Assembly (NCBI RefSeq): GCF_003264935.1
Contig: NZ_QLOE01000007.1
Location: 4,629-36,628 of the forward strand
DNA from: Methanothermobacter tenebrarum
GTDB taxonomy: Archaea > Methanobacteriota > Methanobacteria > Methanobacteriales > DSM-23052
Length of the DNA stretch: 32,000 nucleotides
Direction: 5' to 3'
Shown here: positions 1-8,881 of the stretch, piece by piece
Layout: the number at the start of each line of letters is the position of its first letter
Position numbering within the stretch: position 1 is the stretch's first letter
Translations under genes and position numbers: made by a program
Notes under the pieces: generated by a model
What the model was told of the DNA's origin: nothing
Database searches by the model: none
What the model saw: only the letters and a program-made list of their open reading frames with translations

Positions 1-62
1 GGATGAAAAAGATGAATTAAAAAACAGTAGAAGTGAATGGGAATACCCGGTGGAAAAAGACT

Positions 63-339
63 TTTGATTTAACCAAGCATTATAATTTTAGTGGGAAAAG
101 AGTGCTTGATGAGGATGTAGAAGTGGGATTTTCACCTATAAATATACAGAGGTATGGGCCAAGATTGTTGGTTTAGATATTTCCAAAACGATGATAAGGT
201 TCGCAAAAATTTTAAAGAGTGTCATAATTTTGTAAATTTGTTGCGTATAGGAAAATTCTCGGAAAAAGAATTTGATATTGCAGTTATAATCGATGTACTT
301 CACCATGTTCCCGCCTCTAAAGTGCTTAAAAGAAAATGA
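63..339 (+). pseudogene. Decayed class I SAM-dependent methyltransferase (frameshifted remnant, may trail on to ~540)
   Basis: Consecutive methyltransferase pieces sit in three different frames. GKRVLD starts near 63, but the glycine loop reads EDVEVG. KIVGLDISKTMIRFAK starts at 161 and ends in a stop. FDIAVIIDVLHHVP lies in the 154..339 ORF. No intact ORF joins them. Confidence 0.55.
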
Positions 340-642
340 AACGTGTTTCAAGTGACCTTATCTTATCTCAGAACCCAATACAACCCTATAAGAAGGATTA
401 AATAAGCTCAAATTCAGAAACGAGGATGTGAAGGAAACCTCTTTCATGAAATGGAAATTAAAAAAATGCATTAAATGAATTGAGCTACGAGAAAGTGACT
501 TGTTACAATTACAACTTCTCATCCCAAAAAAATCCACACCACAAAAACTAATAAGATTGAGAAAATAGAAGAAAAAATCAAAGAATACCCATACTGAGGA
601 AATTTAGTGGGGCACTTATCATAATAGCAAAAGGATAAAACC

Positions 643-1836
643 ATGAAAATATGTTATATTTCAAATTTGTATCCTCCAATGGTGTTAGGTGGCGCCGAGA
701 TCGTAGTAGAAAAAATCGCCACAGAAATGGCCAGAAGAGGCCATGAAATTATCATAATCACAAGCAATGACAAAAATAAACCCCAAACTATGGCCAACAA
801 CATCAAAATATATAGGCTTCCACTCAACATCTATCCTATCATAAATTTCCACAAGCAGAATCTTACCAGGAGAATACTATGGCACCTCATAGACTTAATC
901 AATATAAACGCCTACAAAAAGATCAAAGAAATATTAGAGAAAGAAGCGCCAGACATAGTCCATATACACAACTATAAAGGATTATCCACTTTATCCTTCA
1001 AACTGGTAAAGGATCTCAATATGCCCCTTGTTTTCACGGCACATGACTATTCAACTATCTGTATAAGGAGCAATCTTCTCAATGGAAAAGACCAAATATG
1101 CGAGGAGCAAAATTTTCCATGCAAAATCTATAACCAAATCCAAAGACTCCTCATAGATAAAAAACCAGACATCGTCACAGCACCATCAAAATTCGTGCTC
1201 AAAAAATTTGAATCCAAAGGCCTATTCAAAGATTCTAAAAAAATTGTGCTCCCCAACCCAATAGAACTAAAAGATGAAAACAACAAGAAAACCTACGATA
1301 CAATTGACATACTATTTGTCGGATCACTTTCAAAGCATAAAGGCCCCCATATACTCATTAAAGCATTCCAAAAAGTAAAAGGAGAAAATCTAAGGCTTCA
1401 CATTGTCGGAAAAGGCCCGTATTTTGAAGAAATGAGAAAGCTTGCAAGGGACGATAAGAGGGTTATATTCCATGGTTTTCTTCGTGGGAAGAGACTCATG
1501 GACATGTATAGGATGGCGAATGTCACGGTCGTGCCATCAATATGGTATGACAATTCCCCTATGGTAGTATATGAGAGTTTTATTTGTTCAACGCCTGTAG
1601 TTGCAAGTGGGATTGGGGGGGTACCAGAACTTGTCAGAGATGGTTATAATGGTTTTTTATTCGAACCTGGAAATGTGGATGAACTTGCAAATATATTAAA
1701 TGAAATTTCAGAAAATCCAAAGATTCTCAGGAAATTGGAAAAGGGAGCACGCAAATCAAGTAAAAAATATGATATAAAAAGGCATATGAGTAGTTTAGAG
1801 AAAATCTATAAGGGTCTAATAGAAGAAGGGGGATGA
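643..1836 (+). CDS. GT4-family (GT-B fold) glycosyltransferase
   Basis: 397-aa ORF. N-terminus MKICYISNLYPPMVLGGAE is typical of GT4. The C-terminal donor-binding domain reads PSIWYDNSPMVVYESFICSTPVVASGIGGVPELVRDGYNGFLF (E-x7-E type motif). Confidence 0.9.
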   Translation: MKICYISNLYPPMVLGGAEIVVEKIATEMARRGHEIIIITSNDKNKPQTMANNIKIYRLPLNIYPIINFHKQNLTRRILWHLIDLININAYKKIKEILEKEAPDIVHIHNYKGLSTLSFKLVKDLNMPLVFTAHDYSTICIRSNLLNGKDQICEEQNFPCKIYNQIQRLLIDKKPDIVTAPSKFVLKKFESKGLFKDSKKIVLPNPIELKDENNKKTYDTIDILFVGSLSKHKGPHILIKAFQKVKGENLRLHIVGKGPYFEEMRKLARDDKRVIFHGFLRGKRLMDMYRMANVTVVPSIWYDNSPMVVYESFICSTPVVASGIGGVPELVRDGYNGFLFEPGNVDELANILNEISENPKILRKLEKGARKSSKKYDIKRHMSSLEKIYKGLIEEGG

Positions 1837-1839
1837 AAA

Positions 1840-2781
1840 TTGCGTTTTGAGAGAATATTTGCAAGTAAATTGATGCATCCCAGGAGCCCAGTATGGTTGT
1901 CATATTATACTCTCATGGGTGCTAAAAAGGTTTTCAAGGCAATTAGGAATCCTTTGAAGGCTTTCATGTTTTATCTTGGCTTTTTCAATGAATGTACTTT
2001 AAATTTAAAATATTTGGGTAAAATAAGAGTTAGAAAGGATGATTTGAAAAATAATTTTTTTCAGACACTCGTAAGCGTATGTTCCATGGATTTGGGCTTT
2101 GAGCAGCGGAAAAAACTTTCCCATATAATTGCACAAAAAGATAAGGACATGATAGAAGTTGGTGATGTGAAGATAAAGAATTTAATACCTCTCTTTATTT
2201 TATTGGAGGTTTTTGTGTTGGAAAATTACAAGTTTGCAAAGCTAAAGCAGGGCGATATTGTATTGGATATTGGGGCCTCAGTCGCTGACAGTAGCCTTTA
2301 TCTTGCAAAAGAAGGATATACTGTTTATGCATTTGAACCTAACCCTAAAATATATAAAATCGGAGAAGAAAATCTTAAACTCAATCTTCATCTTGCAAGG
2401 AAAATCCATTACATAAACAAAGCAGTATCAACCAAAAAAGGGAAAATCAAACTAGATATAACAGGAGAAAGCCATATAGCCTCCCTATATACAAAAGGTG
2501 AAAACAGGATAACTGTAGATTCCACTACACTAAATGAAATAATAGAAAAATATAAAATAGTTCCCCAAGGATTAAAATTGGATTGTGAAGGCTGCGAATA
2601 CGAAATCTTAGAGGAAGCACAATTATCACCATTCAAAGAAATAATATTAGAATATCATCCACAACCCACAAAAAAAACACCACTAGAGATAATAAAGAAG
2701 TTAAAATCTGAGGGATTTCAAGTAAATTTAAGGGGCAATTATAGCATAGGTTTGATCCATGCATGGAGGAAGAAACAGTGA
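1840..2781 (+). CDS. FkbM-family SAM-dependent methyltransferase
   Basis: 313-aa ORF with VLDIGASVADSSLYLAKEGYTVYAFEPNPKIYKIGEENLKLN and LKLDCEGCEYEIL, both typical of FkbM-type methyltransferases. The ORF opens with TTG at 1840, 3 nt after the upstream stop; the first ATG is at 1873, so the exact start is uncertain. Confidence 0.8.
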   Translation: MRFERIFASKLMHPRSPVWLSYYTLMGAKKVFKAIRNPLKAFMFYLGFFNECTLNLKYLGKIRVRKDDLKNNFFQTLVSVCSMDLGFEQRKKLSHIIAQKDKDMIEVGDVKIKNLIPLFILLEVFVLENYKFAKLKQGDIVLDIGASVADSSLYLAKEGYTVYAFEPNPKIYKIGEENLKLNLHLARKIHYINKAVSTKKGKIKLDITGESHIASLYTKGENRITVDSTTLNEIIEKYKIVPQGLKLDCEGCEYEILEEAQLSPFKEIILEYHPQPTKKTPLEIIKKLKSEGFQVNLRGNYSIGLIHAWRKKQ

Positions 2782-4916
2782 AACGAGACATACTCTACAT
2801 CCTAATACTATTAATACTCACAGATATCAGTATTGTAACTAATATCCCTTTTTTAAGGCAATCTTTACCCTTCCTATTCTTTAGTATAGTCCCAGGTTAT
2901 TTGTTAGTTAAAGGTTTTAACATTAGACTTATTGAGAAGTTTAGTTTGTCTGTTGGGTTAAGTCTTGCTTTTATTATGCTCACAGGACTTTTTGTGAATA
3001 GCCTATACCCCTTAGTTTTAAGACCTTTAAGTTTGGTACCCTTGTTAGTCTCATTGAATATCCTTGTGCTTATCTTATTGTTTTTTTGTTTTAGAAAAAC
3101 GGGGGATATTAGCTTTTCCCTTGGAAAAGAGTGGAAGAGTGTATTTTCCCACCCGATTGTGTTTTTTCCTCTCTTTTTACCAATTTTAACAGTCCTCGGA
3201 TCCTATATTATGAATATATATTCTATTAATCTTATTTTGCTTTTCATGTTAATTAGTATACCAGTGTATATTCTTATTCTTGCAATGGAAAGAGACAAAG
3301 TACACCCTTTTGTTTATCCCATCACTTTATATTGTATTGGATTTTCTCTCCTCGCCTTGAATATTCTACCATCTAATTATATCATTGGAAGAGACATACA
3401 CATGGAATATTATTGTTTTAAGACAAGCCTACTCAATCATCATTGGGATATCCATGATCCCTATCATTCATACAATAGTTGTTTGAGCATCACAATATTA
3501 CCTGCTATTTATAAATATTTGTTGGGAGTGCCCCCTACTCTCATATTTAAGTTTTATTATCTTCTGATAGGGGCCATTGTACCTGTTCCTATGTATGTTT
3601 TCGCGAGACGCATCCTTAAAAGTAGAGAATTTGCATTTTATGCAACATTACTTTTAATGTTTCAATTCGCTTATACTTATATGGGACAATATGCTCGTCA
3701 GCTTATTGCATTTCTTTTTTTCGCCACTGCAATCATGACCTTAACAATTCCAATAAAAGAATCCTACAAGAAGATCCTATTCATAATATTTATCCTGGCA
3801 ACGGTATTTTCCCATTATACATCAAGTTATGTTTTTTTTGCTGTCGTGGCGATACCACCATTTATTATATGGGCAAGCAAGCACCTAAAAGGCAGATTCC
3901 ATTTTCCATGGAAATATTCGAGAACATTTTCTAATAAGAATCTGGCTCTCCTATTCTTTGTTATCATATTCTTATGGTATGCGCAGGTAACAGGTCCACA
4001 ATTTAGGGATGTTTCAAATGTTATTATAGAGACATTTAGGAGTATGGCGAATTTCTTCTCCCTAGATCTTAGGAATTATTCAGAGCAGGCTGTTCTTGGC
4101 ATTGGAATAGCCCACATACCCAACTTTTTGAGTACATTTGTCCATGACGTTATATTCGCTCTTATTGGCATTGGAGTTTTAGGATTATTCTTTAAATCAG
4201 AGTATCGAAAAAAATATGGGGTAAGTGATGAGTATATCGCCTCTACCATTGTTATATTGGCTATTCTTGCCTCATTTGTCATCCTACCATATGTATCGAA
4301 GGCTTATGGTGGTACAAGGCTCTTTTCACAATTACTGGTAATCCTGGCCCCTTGTTTCATAATCGGAGTCAAGTTTATTGTAGATTATGCGAAGAAGTTT
4401 AGGATGCCATTTGAACGAGAAAAGTTAATGAGAACTCTGATACTGGCACTTTTAATCCTTGGATTTATATGTACAAATTATCTTCAATATGAGCTTTTTG
4501 GCATCCCATACTCCTATGCCTACGACAGTGGTGGTGAGCGAAGATATGAAACATTCATCTATGACAGTGAAGTCACAGGCGCACAATGGCTAAACAACTA
4601 TGGCAACAAAAGCGCAACCATACACACCGACAGAGTAGGCGACCATAGAATCCTTCTGGGCTTCAACAAAAAACCTAAAACAGATCACTTTTTCTTTAAT
4701 AATACTGGCCCATTCCAAAAAGGAGATTACATCTATTTAAGACATTTAAATATAAATGAGGAACTTGTATTTAAAGATACTCCAGGTAGGCCTCCACGAT
4801 TTATTAATGGTAGATTGGAAATGGATAATGTGGAGCCATTAACAAAATATTTCTGGTTACTCACGGATAAGAGTACCATATATGATAATGGAGGGTCAAT
4901 GATTCTATTTGGATGA
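2763..4916 (+). CDS. Polytopic membrane protein of the glycan cluster (DUF2206-like; candidate polymerase or GT-C-type transferase)
   Basis: 717 aa. More than a dozen hydrophobic helices cover the first ~560 aa, followed by a ~150-aa soluble C-terminal domain. The start overlaps the FkbM gene by 19 nt. The family name is from memory only. Confidence 0.6.
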   Translation: MEEETVKRDILYILILLILTDISIVTNIPFLRQSLPFLFFSIVPGYLLVKGFNIRLIEKFSLSVGLSLAFIMLTGLFVNSLYPLVLRPLSLVPLLVSLNILVLILLFFCFRKTGDISFSLGKEWKSVFSHPIVFFPLFLPILTVLGSYIMNIYSINLILLFMLISIPVYILILAMERDKVHPFVYPITLYCIGFSLLALNILPSNYIIGRDIHMEYYCFKTSLLNHHWDIHDPYHSYNSCLSITILPAIYKYLLGVPPTLIFKFYYLLIGAIVPVPMYVFARRILKSREFAFYATLLLMFQFAYTYMGQYARQLIAFLFFATAIMTLTIPIKESYKKILFIIFILATVFSHYTSSYVFFAVVAIPPFIIWASKHLKGRFHFPWKYSRTFSNKNLALLFFVIIFLWYAQVTGPQFRDVSNVIIETFRSMANFFSLDLRNYSEQAVLGIGIAHIPNFLSTFVHDVIFALIGIGVLGLFFKSEYRKKYGVSDEYIASTIVILAILASFVILPYVSKAYGGTRLFSQLLVILAPCFIIGVKFIVDYAKKFRMPFEREKLMRTLILALLILGFICTNYLQYELFGIPYSYAYDSGGERRYETFIYDSEVTGAQWLNNYGNKSATIHTDRVGDHRILLGFNKKPKTDHFFFNNTGPFQKGDYIYLRHLNINEELVFKDTPGRPPRFINGRLEMDNVEPLTKYFWLLTDKSTIYDNGGSMILFG

Positions 4917-4939
4917 TAAAAAAATGACAGAGGTTATAA

Positions 4940-6670
4940 ATGAATATTTTGCCGGCACTTAATTGTAGGATAAGAGTAATGATGGTCTGGCTGGTGAATT
5001 ATATCGAAGTCTTAAAAATAAACCAGTTTAGTAAACTAAGGAAAATTGAGCAGCTTGGAGTGATCACACAAGTTGAACCTTCCGCCTCACATACAAGATG
5101 GGATTATGTTTTACTTCAACTCCATTTAATCAACAAAATACGTGAAAATATAGGAAATTTAGGTAACGTTGAAGTTGAAGGGGAAAAGTTGAGTGGTGCT
5201 GAAATTTTACAACTATGGGTTTTTCTTTTTAACATTGGACATCTTCCAGGCACTTTCGCTACAATGCGGGGCTTATTGTCAGCTTTGGTAAATGAGGAGG
5301 AATTAAGGGAAAGATTAAGAGAAAAAGTTCCTGAGAAAATTAAAAAGTATTTTGATGAAGTTATAGAAAAGAGGAATATTTTTGAATTGCCTAAACTTTT
5401 ATCATCAATACTTTTAAATGAGAGGTTAAATGAGCAGTTGTCGAAAGTTATCCCTGGGTTGATATACTGGTATTGGAAACCGGAGAAGAGTGAAAAAGAG
5501 TTGAAATCTGCTTCACCAAATTCAAATGAGGTGAAACTGGCTAAGAAGATTAAAAAATTGAAATCGTATTTTAGAATGGTTAGACGTTTGGCTTATATAT
5601 TCCTTGATTCGAAATACGTCAAGTCTCCGATAAGTTTTGATGTTTCTAAGATCCTTTTAAATTTTGACAATTACAAAGATTTGATAATGGAGCCAGGAAG
5701 TCAACTTGATAAAACTTTACAAGCATGCGAAGATTTCCTATCTGTAGCATTGTATCATTCCAAGGATACAATAACTCAACTGGGCATACATTCTAAAAAA
5801 GTTGTTTCTAAAGAAGTCGAAAGGACATTCAAAGACTATGAGAAGGATTTATTTAAACTCTTGAAGGACGAGACTATGTTTTATCCCAAGAGATATAACC
5901 CTCTACTTACTTTCCATGTTCTTCTTGACTTAAATCATGCCGGTCAAGACATTGATGAAATGATTGGGGAAATGAACAAGGATTTTTATGAGCTTGAAGA
6001 TGAGTTAAATAAAAATTGGCAAAAAGAGGCAATGATGATTTATCAGCCAGGCTCTAACAAAAAACATATCGCGGTAAACTTATCGATTTTCCAAGAACAA
6101 AACATTTGGCAAATAATAAAAGAATTTACTTCAAGAATTATAGATATTTCTAGTAATAAAAGGATTAAGGAAGTGCTCGATGAACAACTTTTTCCATGCC
6201 TTTTCAAATTTGCAATAAACACCCTATTCGAATCAAAATCTTTAAAAACATTCTATTTCGCCATTGACAGGATCTCTGCAGGTAAAAGAGAAAGTCTCAA
6301 AAAGAAGGTCAAGGAATGGCTTAATAAAGAAAATGATGAAAGTAAAAAGTACGAATTAGAATCATTAAAGAAAATAATAAAAGAGAAAGTAGATAAGGGT
6401 ATCATAGGCCATAGTATAAAAATAAAAGAAGAGGTAAGAGTAGAAAACCAGGATGGTCAAGATATTTGCGAATTCGATGCTCTATCATTACTAACCGATA
6501 AAAATGGCATGAGAGTATTATTCTTAGAAGCAAAAAGGGGAAAGAAAAGTCCGCAATCAGAGGCAAAAGATCAATTGAAGAGATCCTTGCAAAAATTAAA
6601 TTTATTAAAAGACGATAAGATCCAAACAGGCAAGAATAAGAAATATGCATATTACGAGGTGAAGCTATGA
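4940..6670 (+). CDS. Degenerate HD (SAMHD1/dGTPase-like) scaffold fused to a C-terminal PD-(D/E)xK nuclease core; function unknown
   Basis: 576-aa ORF with GAGGT 6 nt upstream of the ATG. NQFSKLRKIEQLG..PSASHTRWDYVLLQLHL, LFNIGHLPGTF and LAYIFLDSKY track the HD-dNTPase motifs, but every metal ligand is replaced. The C-terminus has EFD(513)AL, then 16 residues, then LFLE(530)AK(532)RG. The stop overlaps the next gene's ATG (ATGA at 6667-6670). Confidence 0.6.
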   Translation: MNILPALNCRIRVMMVWLVNYIEVLKINQFSKLRKIEQLGVITQVEPSASHTRWDYVLLQLHLINKIRENIGNLGNVEVEGEKLSGAEILQLWVFLFNIGHLPGTFATMRGLLSALVNEEELRERLREKVPEKIKKYFDEVIEKRNIFELPKLLSSILLNERLNEQLSKVIPGLIYWYWKPEKSEKELKSASPNSNEVKLAKKIKKLKSYFRMVRRLAYIFLDSKYVKSPISFDVSKILLNFDNYKDLIMEPGSQLDKTLQACEDFLSVALYHSKDTITQLGIHSKKVVSKEVERTFKDYEKDLFKLLKDETMFYPKRYNPLLTFHVLLDLNHAGQDIDEMIGEMNKDFYELEDELNKNWQKEAMMIYQPGSNKKHIAVNLSIFQEQNIWQIIKEFTSRIIDISSNKRIKEVLDEQLFPCLFKFAINTLFESKSLKTFYFAIDRISAGKRESLKKKVKEWLNKENDESKKYELESLKKIIKEKVDKGIIGHSIKIKEEVRVENQDGQDICEFDALSLLTDKNGMRVLFLEAKRGKKSPQSEAKDQLKRSLQKLNLLKDDKIQTGKNKKYAYYEVKL

Positions 6671-7743
6671 GAATCCTCTTCATCCATAACACGGCAATGT
6701 GGTATAGAATACCATTCTTTAAGAGATTAAATGAATTATTCAATGTCAAGTTCCTTTTTACAGACTTTAACCTAATTGGGGAAATATATGACGAATCATA
6801 TGAGAAGGCTTTAAAAGGTTTGAAAGGCTTAAATTATAAAATTCTCAATGGCATAGATGATCTAATAGAAGAATTGGTGCAATTAGACTATGATGTGATA
6901 ATAGGCGGATCTTGGGATTCTATACCTGAAATCTTTAGGAGTTTGATAGTTTATATTATTGGAAAATTAAAAGGTAAAAAGATTATTTTATTCCATGAAG
7001 ACTGGAATTGGGGATTCTCATTTAAACGGAAACTTATAAGTCCCATTGTCAAATTCTTCTGTATTCTTGCAGATGCCATAGTGGTACCCGGAAGCATCCA
7101 TAAAAGATATTTCATAGAGATCTGCGGAGATCCAGATAAAGTCTTTATAGCGCCTAATGCAACAACTCTCAAAATAGCTGATTCCCACGCCACTGATAAA
7201 AAGATTGTATTATATGTGGGTCGTCTCATAAAACGTAAAGGTGTTGATTATCTTATCAAAGCATTCCAAAAAATCAATGACCCCGAAGCATCATTGATGA
7301 TTATAGGATATGGGGAAGAAGAGGAAAAATTGAAAAGGCTTGCACATGGATCAAATAACATAATTTTTGTTGGTAAAGTTTCCCAGGATAATTTGTACAA
7401 GTATTATTCTAGGGCTAGTGTTGTGGTTGTACCTTCAATTAGTGATGAAATGGGTGATCCATGGGTTTTTGTATTGAATGAAGCAATGTTACATGGTAAG
7501 CCTGTAATTGCAACAGATGCAGTTGGTGGAGCATATGACCTTATCCAAAATGGTGTCAATGGTTTCATGGTGCCTGAAAAGAATGTTGATGAATTATATA
7601 AAGCAATAAAAACGATAATTAACGATCCTAGACTACAAGAAAAAATGGGGAAAGAATCAAAAAGGATAATAAAAAAAGGTTTTACCTATGAAAAAATGGT
7701 TGAAGGATTCAAAAAAGCCATTGAATACGTGGTGAGTCAATGA
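6667..7743 (+). CDS. GT4-family glycosyltransferase
   Basis: 358 aa. C-terminal GT-B donor domain reads VPSISDEMGDPWVFVLNEAMLHGKPVIATDAVGGAYDLIQNGVNGFMV. Both ends have 4-nt ATGA overlaps with neighbouring genes. Confidence 0.85.
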   Translation: MRILFIHNTAMWYRIPFFKRLNELFNVKFLFTDFNLIGEIYDESYEKALKGLKGLNYKILNGIDDLIEELVQLDYDVIIGGSWDSIPEIFRSLIVYIIGKLKGKKIILFHEDWNWGFSFKRKLISPIVKFFCILADAIVVPGSIHKRYFIEICGDPDKVFIAPNATTLKIADSHATDKKIVLYVGRLIKRKGVDYLIKAFQKINDPEASLMIIGYGEEEEKLKRLAHGSNNIIFVGKVSQDNLYKYYSRASVVVVPSISDEMGDPWVFVLNEAMLHGKPVIATDAVGGAYDLIQNGVNGFMVPEKNVDELYKAIKTIINDPRLQEKMGKESKRIIKKGFTYEKMVEGFKKAIEYVVSQ

Positions 7744-8881
7744 AATTCCTACTTAAAGGTGCTGAGTGTTCACGGAACAAGGGAACCGCCGCTATTTTGA
7801 AAAGTACTATTTTAACTTTAAAAATATTTTTTGAAAGACCTTCATTTGTAAGTACTAGTCCTCATCCAGCAGATGACAAAAGAAATTGTAAAAAAATCCG
7901 ATTTTTAAGTAATTCAAAGTTGCGCGTTTTTAAAGCTTATAAAGATAAAAATGATTTTGATTGCGTTTTAGATCTCAGCGGCGATACGATATCCGATGAT
8001 TATGGCAAACTTACGATTTTTGGTTTATTATATGATCTTATTATTTATAAAGGCCTTTTAAGAAAGCCCTATGTTATCTATGCTCAATCATTAGGCCCTT
8101 TTAGCAGCATTTTAACCAAGATAATTGCCAAGATAGCGTTTAGTTTTATCGACCTTATTATAATAAGAGAGAATATAACTGCCCAATATCTTGAAAAGTT
8201 AGGTATCAAAGGGTTTATATAGGGGCGGATCCTGCTTTTCTTCTCCCTAGCGCAAAGGAAGATACCCTAATTGAAATATTAAATAATGAGAGGATTCCAA
8301 CTGACAAAAAATTAGTTGGGATAAACATGAGCCAGCACTGTTATGATATCTTAGGAGACAAATCCAATGAATATCTCAATATTCATGCTCAACTAATAGA
8401 TCATTTAATTGAAGAACTTGACGTAAATGTTGTGCTGATACCACATGTAATATCTGAAGGTTTTGATGATAGAAGCGTATCATCACTCACATACTCCAAA
8501 ATAAAAAATAAAAAACATGTAAATATAATAAAAGGAGATTATACCCCTGAAGAAATAAAATCAATCATAGGAAACTGTGATCTTTTCATAGGGGCCAGGA
8601 TGCATGCTACAATAGCATCAACATCGATGTTTGTGCCAACTGTGGGAATAGCATACAGTCATAAAATGCATGGGATAATCGGCGAAATGCTCAACCTTCA
8701 AGAGTACGTAATCGATTTAGAAAAGTTGAATTCTGAGATATTAATTGAGAAGATTATGCTGGCATGGAAAAACAGGGAGAAAATAACTGAACATCTTCGA
8801 AAAAAAATCCCTGAAATAAAACAAAAAGCTCTAAAGAATGGGAAATTATTAAAGAAATTATGCGATTCACAACTTTCCTAG
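7740..8881 (+). pseudogene. Polysaccharide pyruvyl transferase (CsaB/WcaK-type), split by one frameshift near 8208-8222
   Basis: The 7740..8222 ORF carries the N-terminal half (GDTISDDYG, YAQSLGPF, IIRENITAQYLEKLGIKG) and ends in TAG. The continuation VYIGADPAFLLPS...LVGINMSQH is open from 8195 in another frame and runs into the 8327..8881 ORF (FIGARMHATIAS). The two frames overlap at an AAAGGG run. Confidence 0.7.

Noticed and set aside
6402-6749. 115-aa minus-strand ORF across the junction of the HD-like/nuclease gene and the next glycosyltransferase
   Set aside because: It is antisense to two well-supported plus-strand genes, with a hydrophobic low-information translation and no start context.
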